The position numbers and the translations under genes are program-made. Of a DNA stretch of 64,000 bases, positions 13,636 to 25,300 are shown in pieces. Source of the DNA: Podarcis gaigeae (lineage: Eukaryota); NCBI GenBank assembly GCA_964106915.2, contig OZ066918.1; one strand, 5' to 3'. Positions within the stretch are counted from its first letter, which is position 1. Every line of letters starts with the position of its first letter. The notes beneath the pieces were generated by a model, which saw only the letters and a program-made list of their open reading frames with translations, made no database searches and had not been told where the DNA came from.

Positions 13636-14070
13636 TTGTAGTTGTTGTTGTTGTTGTTGTTGTTGGCGGCACCTGTCTGTCTTGAGAGACAATAAGTGTG
13701 CTTCACAGGGTGAAATCAAACTGCTGCATAAGCAGCACCAAAGTGACCTCCTCGTGGCACAAGCCTGGGCTGCTGAGATGACAAGACCCCTCTCTCAGCC
13801 TTGTTGATGTGGTCCAAAGGAAAGTAGAGTAATACATTTGGCACAAGCTTAGCTGCAGGAGTTGTTGTAAGGAGGCGTAGAAAGCACCATCTAACCATCT
13901 TAGGGACTGCACTCCAGGTTTGTGTAGGGTTACCTCCTTGGCCTTTTCATCTTCCAAAGATGTCCCACAAGGCAGTGGGTACAGATTTTTCCTCAGAGTT
14001 TACTCCCAAACTACCCCCAATGGAGCATGATGTGTCCCCCAGTAGAGGTACCATCCCTCCCCTAATCCCC
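13636..14070 (-). mobile_element. Second, more internally deleted copy of the RTE-like retroposon with (CAA)n tail
   Basis: (GTT)n at about 13636-13665; shared blocks tgatgtggtccaaagg, gggtacagatttttcctcag and agcatgatgtgt with 8416-9300. Confidence 0.65.
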
Positions 14071-14662
14071 TCACACCCCAGAAGTTGTCCTCTTATACCA
14101 GGTTCAGACCATTTATATTTTCCCTTCCCCATCCTTTTTTATGCAGATACCAGGGATTGATCCTGGAACCTTCTGAATACAGATTCAATCCCAGAGAGTG
14201 CTGGGTATGTTCTGAGCCTGGAACCCTGGACAGCTGCTGCCAGTCAGTGTTGAAAATAAATGGTATACCTTTTGCCATAGTGATCAAGCAACAAAAAAGT
14301 TAGCCAGGGCGGATCCTGTCTGTTATTCCCTTGTCCTTTTTGTCCACTGTTCCAGGACTTGGAAGATAATTATGAAAAGACATAGTGGACCTCCTTTAAC
14401 CTGAAAAAGAGAAGGCATGCAAACAAGAGTTATTTCATTGCTGCTGACTTTCTTGGATGTTCTGTTCAGTGCAAAAATGGTGCTGTGGTTGGGGCAATTA
14501 ATGCTTTCTTGTCTTAGGGTCTTGGCTTAAGCTTGCCTTGGAGACAACCCCAAATTGGGGCAGGGATGGAGACAAAGGTTGATTTCTGTTCACTTCTGCA
14601 TAGTGGAGGCTGACCCATTGGGGCAATTGAGGCACTACCCTACCAACCCAAGTCTGCCCTTA

Positions 14663-15023
14663 AAGGTAAAGGTAAAGGTACCCCTGCCCGTACGGGCCAG
14701 TCTTGCCAGACTCTGGGGTTGGTGCGCCCATCTCACTCAAGAGGCCGGGGGCCAGCGCTGTCCGGAGACACTTCCGGGTCACGTGGCCAGCGTGACATCG
14801 CTGCTCTGGCGAGCCAGAGCCGCACACGGAAACGCCGTTTACCTTCCCGCTGGTAAGCGGTCCCTATTTATCTACTTGCACCCGGAGGTGCTTTTGAACT
14901 GCTAGGTTGGCAGGCGCTGGGACCGAACAACGGGAGCGCACCCCGCCGCAGGGATTCGAACCACCGACCTTTCGATCGGCAAGCCCTAGGCGCTGAGGCT
15001 TTTACCCACAGCGCCACCTGCGT
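14663..15023 (-). mobile_element. Full-length Sauria SINE
   Basis: (ACCTTT)n tail, B-box-like ggttcgaatcc on minus, perfect 14-bp TSD caagtctgccctta (14649-14662, 15024-15037), CpG-rich and therefore young. Confidence 0.95.
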
Positions 15024-16352
15024 CAAGTCTGCCCTTACTCAACCCCTATATAGCCATCTTCTTACTTACAACCAGTCAAGGGTGGCTCAGTCTGCCATTC
15101 ACTTTGGTTCCTCCTACTGTTGGTCTTATTGCATTCCACCCTACCAGTCACGTTGGGCACGAGCCACCACTGCTCCTGCAGGCAGGGGAGAGGGGTGGAT
15201 TAAAGGACCTAGGGGAGGAGTGGGCAGAAGCAGCTGCTACTATGTCTCTTGTTTGATCCCTACACATAAAAATAAACACCTGTTTTTCAGGTTACAGTCT
15301 AGCTCCCTATTATTATTTTAGTTCCAAAATAATATAATACAGAATGGTTTACAAATGAAGTAAGACTGATGTGGTTAGGCATGCCCTCTCCAGGAAAGGG
15401 GACATGTGGTATAGTAACCAAACTTGGTAAAAGGCATTTCTAGTCAATTGGCATGATCTGATAATTCAGAAGCAGCATGAAGGAATACCCTCTCGCTGTG
15501 ATTCTGAATTTTCAGAAAGTGTGCAGCTGCATCCATGACAGGTTGTATTTGTAATCCTAGATCCTACAAACAGTTATTTCATCTTATCTGAATTAAGTTT
15601 GTTCATTGGCATCCAGCTTCTCACAGTTTCCAGGCACTAATTCAGGCTTTCCACTGCCTTCCTCAGATCAGAGGCAGATGGAAGATGATAGTTTATATGG
15701 GAGAAAGGCCCAATTGTACTTTCTGGAATTGACATCTGAATAAACAATTGGTGGCTGAAATCTAACATAGCCAAATCCAAACTTGTTTAAAAGCCCTGTA
15801 TCTTATTAATAGTACAATATACATAATGCTACTTAAGCATAGTAATCTTTGGTATATGTCTTTCCAAGGTACTACTGTGAAGTAAAATGCTCATTGGTTG
15901 GTAATTGGGAAAACATGCAATTCTGTACACTTAACTTGGCTTATTAAAGTCACGCCATTCTATTATTATTCATAACACAGGAAGAGAGATAATTAAAGTG
16001 ATTTATGATGATGCTGTACTTTGGTTAGTCAGACTAACCTGACAACCTTTGGAACTGTGGGGTTGGGAAGCACAGTAAAGGAATTCTGATGCATGTGATG
16101 TGTTGAAAAACAAGGATTTCCATTTCTGCCACGTTTGTTGCAGGAATACATGTTACCCAAATTTATCCCTGCCCAAAAGCTATATGTGAATCCAAGGCTT
16201 TTGACTAGGATATGCTTTAAGAATGAAGGACATTATAATAACTTAAACAGTAAGAATATTTTGAAGAAACAGATATGAAACCTGCTTCCCATTAATAAGA
16301 TGAAAATAAAACTTTGTGTCAATTGCCTTCCCCTTTTCAGCAGTGCAGTATA

Positions 16353-16578
16353 CAATGTTACCTCGGGTTAAGTACTTAATTAGTTCCGGAGGTCCGTTCT
16401 TAACTTGAAACTGTGCTTAACCTGAAGCACCACTTTAGCTAATGGGGCCTCCTGCTGCTGCTGTGCCGCCGGAGCACGATTTGTGTTCTCATCCTGAAGC
16501 AGAGTTCTTAACCCAAGGTACTATTTCTGGGTTAGCGGAGTCTGTAACCTGAAGTGTATGTAACCCGAGGTACCACTG
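16353..16578. mobile_element. Tc1/mariner (Tigger-like) MITE
   Basis: TA-flanked, TIRs caatgttacctcgggtta / taacccgaggtaccactg; inverted homologue of 50316-50557. Confidence 0.88.
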
Positions 16579-16653
16579 TACACACCTGAAGATGCTTAGG
16601 TGGAAGATGAGCATAACAGTTGTTTGCTGTGATTGTGTGTATGTATGTACATA

Positions 16654-16699
16654 ACACACACACACACACACACACACACCTGAACATGGGGGGGGGGGT
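16654..16699. repeat. (CA)n microsatellite followed by a G run
   Basis: Seen directly. Confidence 0.9.
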
Positions 16700-19418
16700 T
16701 GTGTAATCTTCTTAGTGTTGTATGATGTGCACTGTTGGAGAAAGAACGGGATAGATTTTTTATTTGATCCATTATGGCAACCAGGTGTTTTTGTGTTGTA
16801 CCTTTTAAAATTGAAAAATACCCAATAATTAGCTAGTATTACAGTTGCTTACTTTGGATCACTATTACTCTGTTGGATCTTAATTTAGATGCGGCTCAAA
16901 TCTCTCTCTAAAAAAATTATAAATAACATCTTGACCCATATCTAAATTAAAATCAGAGTGACCCGTGCCTAATAAAATGCTTGGCTCCAAAGGTACCTGT
17001 TAAACCAGTTTTGCCTCCTGAAGAGTGATCGAGAGGCTTTCAGCCATGAGAGAGCTGCAAGCTCTTTCAGTTTTACGAACGTGCCTCGGTGCTTTGAGCA
17101 CTCTTCTCCCAGTTTGCCTCTGTTCAAGGAAAGACTTCAATCCCCACAATTCCGCGGTTGCACATGCGTCTTCTGCTTACAGTTGTCAAAGTGCTCTTGC
17201 CAGAGCAATTTCTATTTGTCATATACCAAACCCGAAAGAAGGAAATAGACACACTGTCCCTTCCATTTATTGATCTTTAAATACAGAATACTCAAAAGGT
17301 AACTGTTATCGGCGGCTAAGCGGGTTACTGCATGCAAACGAAGTATTATGGGAGTATTTGATTTTCATGTACAGTAGTTTAGACGGGCACAAATACACGG
17401 GGGGAAAGGGGGTGGAGGAAACAGGAGGCGCCGCATACCAGTCCAATGCTAGGTATTTAGCTGCCTATTTTTTCCGAGTAATACCCAATTTGCCTCTCTT
17501 CAGTTTGCCTGCGTGCACGTAATGGTTAGGTATTGACCTTGACAGAGGGGTAGATCTGTAGTGAAAGCTTACGTATAAGAAGCGATGGGGGAAATAATGC
17601 TAGCTAGTGTCTCAATATGAAGTTGATAAAAAATACCTTAAAATTGTTGTAGCACAGCTTATCTGCTATATTGGAAGCAATAGTTTTACTTTTACTATTG
17701 GCTATTGTTTAAATGATTTCCTAAACTGGCCGTTAAAACACAGGAGGAGAGCAATATATCTGATTGTCCCTCTTTGTATGAAATGTATTGTATTATTTTT
17801 TCTTCCTTTACTGTTGTGGTGACTTTGATCGGAGCGCAGCTAATGGAAAACTACACAAAGCCTTTTATATTATGGCTTGCTGCAGTGCTGCTTTAAAGGT
17901 TTCCCTGCACCCCCTACAGCAGCAGCAAAGCTGCGTGCTACAGATGCGCTAGTTTGCTCCTTTTCGGATTAGGAATTTAGCTTAATACTCTCTTTATGCA
18001 CTCCCTGCAAGGCATTATTTTTAGATTGTGTGCACAGATCAGCAATAAAATAAAATAAAAATACTGCTTGAATATATTTCTTCTATGCCCATTAAAAATG
18101 TTGCTGTTTTCAGTTGATTACCTGTTATGAAGAGGGATTTTAAATTCAGGAATGTTTTGAATTTAGTGGTTATGAGAGAGGAAGTTACTACCTTCATATT
18201 TCTTCACACCCTTCTCAAATCAACCCCTATTTAAGTATTAGTTATTTTGCTGATGCAGTTAAATAGCGTGGAGAGATACATTCGATTTTGAAGGTTGCAA
18301 CATTATTTGAGAAAAATATATTGTTAAAACAAGCCTGTTTAATTTTTGAATTTGTTCAGCGTCTTTTCCAGACGGCCGTCTTTTGTTTGGCCTATTTAAC
18401 TATTTGCTGTTCCTCTGATAGCGTTCTCATAGGTGCAGAGGTAGGGAATGCTCTTTAGTAACAATAGACAGAAGACGAAATGGTCATTATTACTATCTGG
18501 TGATTTATATTGGCAATATGAATTAATTAGTGTTTTATGCCTGTGCGTGGAAAAATCTGCAGCAGGAGGATGCCTACAAGGAAGTGTTAACGCGTCTGAA
18601 TACTTTCCCCAGTTTGTGCGGTATTGAAGGCTTCAGTATTTTTTGCTCAAAGCAATTTAGTTCTTGGATTATTAAATGCCATATTTAACATGGGAGACAA
18701 AAGGACTATTAAAACAAACAAAACTGTATCCCCTAGTTACGTGTAAGATGCCTCCCACCCCTTCAGTAGCTTTAAAAAAAACACCGTTTGGCTTAGTTCT
18801 TTTCGTTTATTCAGGGCTTTAAAATCGTGGATCCTGAACTGTTTTTAATTATTTGGTTGAACCAGTTTGTTGATTAAGCGAAATGGGTATGCGGCTCCTT
18901 TAAAAAGTCTATTCATAGGAAAGGGGGTGGGGGAGAGTAAAGGCTGCTGTCTTTTTAACCTTGCTGAAGGACGCAGCAGTATTTATTGACGTATGCAAAT
19001 AACAAGGAAGGAGGAGGGTGCACGGAAAAACAGGAACCAGAATCAGTTTCTCATTGCAGGGCGAGAGCTCTGAGTTCCGGTGTATGAGAAAGAGACGTGG
19101 CGAAATTGCTGTATATCTCTGCCCTATAAGCATACCTTTCCTTTACAGTGAAGGGAACCAAGACATCAAAAAGGGTGAAACATCTTCAAATGTATTTTTA
19201 GAAGCGACGTGGAGCGATTACACTGATTCAATCTGTTACTCCTAAAGGGGTGGGGGTAGGGATTACGTATTAGTCGTGCCTTGCAACTTGCGGCAGCGTT
19301 ACGCTCGCAGTGGCATTCTTGCAAGCAGCAGAGGCGAAGGCTAAAGCAGCCATATGAATGTTAACAGTCTGTCTTCTGGATTTTTTTCCTCCTTCCTCTC
19401 GTTTCAGCTGCGCAAACC

Positions 19419-20303
19419 ATGCAGGATGATTTACTGATGGACAAAAGCAAAGCCCAGCCCCAGCAGCAGCGGCAGCAGCAGCAAGATCCAAACGCAGCAG
19501 AAGCCCCTTCTACGCCCATCACGTCAGAGACACCCAAACAGGAGGACAGCAGCCCAGTGACTAGCATCGGCTCAGCAGCTCCTGCCCAAAATAGCAAGGA
19601 AAAGATGCAGATGGAGTCCCCCATCTTGCCAGGCTTAGGTTTCCACCAGCCTCAGCAGGAACCTACAGCCGGCACCTCCTTGTCTCCCTCCTTCGGAAGC
19701 ACCTGGTCTACTGGGACCACAAATGCAGTGGATGATAGCTTTTTCCAAGGGATTACCCCTGTCAATGGGACAATGCTTTTCCAGAATTTCCCTCACCATG
19801 TAAATCCAGTTTTTGGTGGCACTTTCTCCCCCCAGATTGGCCTAGCTCAGACTCAGCACCACCAACAGCAGCAGCAGCAGCAAGCCCAGCAGCAGCAAAG
19901 GAGATCGCCAGTCAGCCCCAATCAGGCATCTTTTGCCCAGAGAAATGCTGCTTATAGCCATCAGCCCATCATGACCAGCAAACCTTCCTCCTCCTCAGCT
20001 TCCACCTCTTCTCCTTCCAGCTGGAATAACCACCAAAATGCTGCCTGGAGTACACCTTCCAATCCTTGGGGCGGGCTGCAAGCTGGCAGGGACCCTCGAA
20101 GGGCAGTAGGTGTGGGTGTTGGTGTAGGAGTGGGAGTTGGAGTGCCATCTCCACTTAATCCCATTTCACCTCTTAAGAAGCCCTTCTCTAGCAATGTCAT
20201 TGCCCCACCAAAGTTTCCACGGGCTGCTCCCCTAACCCCAAAATCCTGGATGGAAGACAACGCCTTCAGGACTGACAATGGTAACAATCTGTTGCCTTTT
20301 CAG
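19419..20303 (+). CDS. CPEB3: CPEB3 first coding exon (N-terminal Q-rich prion-like/low-complexity region, 295 codons)
   Basis: MQDDLLMDKSK...SFGSTWSTGTTNAV...VGVGVGV...WMEDNAFRTDNGNNLLPFQ is recognisable CPEB3. Acceptor tttcag ends at 19407 after a long pyrimidine tract (exon starts 19408). Donor CAG|gtaatt at 20304; phase 0. Confidence 0.98.
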
Positions 20304-21559
20304 GTAATTTCTTTTATTTGAGTAAAAGGGAAGTGATATTTCAGTATTTGTCTCATAATATAATTCTATGTTACATCAAACACCGCTTTTGCCATTCTAG
20401 CACATGCCTGACTTCATTAGCTATCTTCACTGAAATAATTCAAGCTATATAGTAGCTGAGGGCACTCACATATGTTAAAAATCTCAAGCGAAAATTAGAG
20501 TCAGGTTGTGATTAAATATTCTTTGTTTCCCTTTAATTTTGACTTTAAGGATCAAAAATATTTGCTTCTTGGTGCTCCCTTTCTTCCCACCCTTCTTCCT
20601 AGGATGTATCATGTTCCAGTATTTTAATTGGTACAGTATTATTTATTTATTTTTAAATCTGAAATATAGGAACATTAGTGGATCCATTAAAGTAGTTGGC
20701 TTCAAATTTGAAATTAAATGGCTGACTAAAACCGAGAACAGTTTAGGAATCTCTTTAATTACCTTCTGCATATTAAAGGGCCAAACCCTTTCTGCTTTAA
20801 AGGGCTTTACTTTATTAGTCCTGAGAAATGAGGTTCAGCAGGATTGGGTTTGCAAAATCAGGCAGATGAATGCAAATAAAATGCTGAAATTGCTGAAGTG
20901 TAATCATGATAATGTGTTTAGGGTGTGGGTTTGAAGGAGTTTTGGATGTGTGTTGACTTGAGTATCATTTGCTTTCAATAAGGAAATCTCTAATGGCAAC
21001 ATGCAAGATTAAGAAATACAGGGAACGTATTTGTGTGAATGAATTTCTTAAACTTCAGTTTTATGCCTTATCAGAGGAAAGATACAATAGGACATGACCT
21101 TCACAACCATATTGCAATGGAGCCTATTTACCAGCTACATAAGCCCTGAAATATTTAAAGCAGCAGTGTCCTTCATTGGTTTTGTTATCTAAGATGTCAG
21201 GGCAGATCAATTGCAACAACTGAAACTGGGGAAAATAGAAGCTCTGAAATTTTAATGTAGAATGGAACTTGTCTTGGTGTTAAATGCCACCTCAACTGAA
21301 TAATTGGCACATGCACTTTACCTTGTATCCTGTATCAGATTATGAAGATAGAAGCTTTTTTGTTTTATGTTGGTTGCCCCAAGTTGTTGCTTCTAAATGC
21401 ATAAATTGGACTCTTAAAGGGCAGTGAAATCACTTTGTTTTCTGGTTTCAAAGGAACACTCTTTTAAAGTTACATTTTCCAATTCAGGCAATAAATTACA
21501 ATAAACAGTTACTGTTGGGATTGATTTTAAAATCCAGTATATTCAGTAGTGCAGAATAA

Positions 21560-22330
21560 AATCTTTTAAGAATACCTGCTTACCTAGAGCTTTGAGGAAG
21601 CAGCGCTTTGCTGCATGGCAGTGGCAAGGTTCTGGGCCATCTTTCCTGCATGGCCATTGGGGGATGCCAGAGCCTCCGCTTCTGGCTGCATGGTTTGGCA
21701 CGAAGAGTCCTTTCCAATGGGCCAATCAGAGAGTGCTAGGTTGTGTCAGCAGCCTATCTTTAACCTGCTGATAGCGTATAAATTGTGGCTGTACCTGGGG
21801 CCCCAGTTCTTCTGGGGGTTTCCCACCTTCTCACCCTGTGTATGTGTGGACATGCTCAAATGTGATCAGGCAAGCCAGTGTGAAGCCCTTGCTAGGGAAC
21901 ACTTAGTTACTATTCTCAGAGCCATGAATTATTTTTTCTTGCAGACAAATTGGCCGGTCTACCTCATAGCAAGTGTCACAACTTTTTGCAGATGGCACTG
22001 GCTTGAATATTTAGCCTATTGTGTTCCCCCTAAAAGGGTATGGGATGGGGTGTTTCTTTCCAGGAGCCTACACACGGGGCCAATAGGCCATAGCACCTTT
22101 CTGAGTGGCGGCCCTGGTGGGTCGTCCAACTTGATATATGTCAAGGGGTGACTCTCATCCCAGGGATGACCCATCCCATTGATCAACCAGTAGGCAGGCT
22201 GATTAATTCTGGATTCATACCCAATGCCTTTGCCTATGTCTATTTACATCTGTAATCAATAAAAAGTTGGGGTCTATTTCAACCCAATACCATCCTGTAG
22301 ATTTTTTTACCGTTTGTTTGGCCCCATACC
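21560..22330 (+). mobile_element. Possible solo LTR or LTR-like repeat
   Basis: GC-richer block with CCAAT (21716, 21722), TATAAA (about 21777) and AATAAA (22258) in LTR-like order. Termini and TSD not resolved. Confidence 0.35.
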
Positions 22331-25300
22331 GTGCTGCACACCTCCTGCTCTTGAGCATGCAATGCTGCTTGCCTCCTTCCATTCAAATAAGAGGATTGGT
22401 TTCAGATTTCATTGTGCGGCTTAATTCTGTTAAAGGGAGAGTTGCTTAGTTCCTACTGGTTCTTCTGTGTGAAAGGAGCTGCAGGCTTCTTGCCAGTTGA
22501 TATCTTAAAAGTCAAATAGGTGGACAGAGAGACTTCTCTTGAGACATTTATGTCTGCTAATTGTAGTCTATTATTGCATTCCATGAAGTAAGTGTAAAGT
22601 ATAATTAGATGCTTCTGTGGTGCCTAATGACAAATATGGTAACCTATATATTGCTATATAGGTTACTACATTGACTTTCTGAAACATAGGTGTTAGACTG
22701 ACATGCATGACAAGTCACTTTTCCATTAAAACAATGAAGACAAGCTAACATATAGCATTTTCCTTCTAAATAATGAGTGACATCCAGTTATGGCTGCCAT
22801 GGAATGGACTTCCACTGGTGCAACGGTATTTCCCCTTCCTTTCTTCTTATTTGTTACTCCCCCTGCCCCCCATTCTCCAGGAGTCCTCCAGAGCAGATTT
22901 GGGGAGAAAGTAGATAAGAAGGAAGTCCGTTCATTGGATGTTGCCCAATGTTTGCAGTACTCACATTCTAAACATTGATATATCTTGTGTTTATGTCAAG
23001 AGTAAAAGAAAATAAAAGTAATTTATAAAGCACATTTGATTTTGACTCAAAATAGATACATTGTACAGGCAATATTAATTTAACGTATTGGTTCTAAAAT
23101 ATGATCGAAACCTTCCTTTTCTTTAAATATCCTATAAAAGTAAAAGCCAACATAAGAATTTATTTATTTTTTTTGTAAAAAGAAGTATGATTTTTCAACC
23201 AAGAAATGGCTTACGTTGATGAGGGATGGATTTATGACATGAGAATATTCTCTGAAGGGGGAGCCTAGCACTCATTCCATGGTTCATTTAGTAGGTATGT
23301 TAATAGTACAGACAACTTGTTTCATAGTTTGTGCTTCTGGAAGTTGGAGGCGGTGTGGCTTAATTTCCAACGGAATTCTTAGCATTGTCATCAAATGACA
23401 GTTCCAGATTTATTGGGGAGTATGCATTGATAGTTCCACTGCGTTCAGACTGGGCTATTATAAGTCAGACTTGTTTGGGGTTGCTTTTGAAAATGGTTCA
23501 GAAATTTCAACTTTACGAAACACAGCTGCCCAGTTGCTTGACAGGATCAGGCATTTGGAACACATAACACCTGTACTGTACTATATAATACTGCCTGCCA
23601 ATTCATTTCAAGGCCTGTGCTGGGTTTTATTTTGAAATACTGCTGCTTTGTTTTTGCAATTCTAATTAAACAGCTTTCATCATTATGGTTGTTTTGAGCC
23701 ATATTTGTATTAAGTTCTTGTAAGCCATGTTGTGAAGGCTTTTTAAAAAGAGCAGCATATAAACTAACTCAGAATAAAGCCAATTTACGTTTATAGTATG
23801 ACTATGCCATCCATACACCTGGGAGCTTTACTAAATACTAAGAACACCAAATGGCACGATTATTATTTTAAACATATGTTGCCAAGTATTTTCCCATAAA
23901 AAACAATTGGGCAAATTTGTCACACCTTTTGCTATTTGGTGGTGTTTGAAAATGTTTTCATTTTGTAGCTTTAACTTGGCATGTTTACTTTAAATGATGT
24001 TGCGACTAGATAAGGTGGCAGTTCTAAAATTACATATACATTGCAAAAACTCTTTAGCTGCATAAATTTAAATATTACATTTAACTTACCCTGTATGAAC
24101 TATGAAAACATAAAAATGCTTGTTAATACCTAGGTGAGGGTGATGATCTTAAAGGAAGACTTTGTTTTTCATCACCATCAATATATGCTTTGCAAATGGT
24201 CTCAAGAATTTAAAGAATGTGGGGTGACATACTGAAAAATTGTGGTTATTCAGTCATATTCAGAATTTGTTATCTTTTTATGAGAATCCCACAATCTGCA
24301 TGTGGCAGATTTCAGTCTTCAAGGCACACAGATGAAAGGCAAATAAGGGGTCCTTGCTGGAAAAAGGTTTTGAATCCTGCCTTTTTTGTATAATGTCCTA
24401 TTTAGAATTGGTGCTTCAGAATATACAAAATATTATTTGATAGTGTCAGCTGCAAGCACTGAGAAGGAACCTCATTTCTCTACCTTTCCCAAATAATTTG
24501 TTTGTAGTAGCTGACTGCTTCTCTAAATGAAAGTCAAGCTGCTGTTCCCAATTATTACCTTATTTAGATGTTGCAGTATTGACATAATTAAGTATCCCAT
24601 TTGGCTCAAATATTATGTATTAGAGGGCAACATTTCTTGTAATGCTTCTGCTCTTGAGTTATAGCCAGGATATCCAGAGCCTTAGATTTTTTAGATTAAT
24701 CTTATAGTTGGAGATCATTTAAAAAATGTGTGGCTACTTTAGTGTCAATTTCATTACTTCTGCATATATCTTTGAAAAATATGCAGTAAGTTTCTAAACT
24801 TTTGAATGCCCATCATGCCTCTTGGATTAGGTCCATAGGGGAATAGTTCTGAAATCCTGAGTAAACACAACAGAGTATGGCACAACAGATGTGAGCTGGA
24901 ACTAAATTTCAGTAATGTTGACTACAGACTCTTAATGCTAAGAGTGTATATTTAAGAATTTAAAAATATTTTGTATTATGATTTATGCACTTTGAGGAAT
25001 TAATGCTGTGCAGCTCTATCCTAGACGATGTTAGTATTATGCCATATGTTGCTCTAAAAATACCTTGCTTATCAAACAAAAAAGAGAGCAAGCAAACACA
25101 ATATCTTGGCTACCATTTGCTACTGAGCAGCTTGGTTCAGCAGGAACTCTACACATGTCCTGGCACTAAAACTATTTTGTGTTCACACTGTGTGTGTAAT
25201 ATATTCTAACCTTTTAAAAAAAACCTGGCTAGTGTTTGAAAGTAATAAGAGAGCTATCAGTTGTTTTAAGGTGAATAAATTCAGTATAGTGTGGAACAGT

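Noticed and set aside
13745-13770. acc-TCCTCGT-ggc-acaagcct-GG looks like HDV P3/L3/P1'
   Set aside because: No upstream P1 partner, not retained in the homologous copy at about 8570, and antisense to the inferred element orientation.
18970-19120. gcgaaattgctgtatatctc resembles the ribozyme 3' end, with a possible P2 partner gcagcagt upstream
   Set aside because: Wrong intron and no valid P1 or P3; better explained by promoter motifs.
19961-20287. Antisense ORF with (PT)n repeat
   Set aside because: Shadow of the CPEB3 VG repeat and coding bias.
21615-22151. 178-aa ORF
   Set aside because: No recognisable gag, pol or env motifs and no splice context; lies in an LTR-like block.
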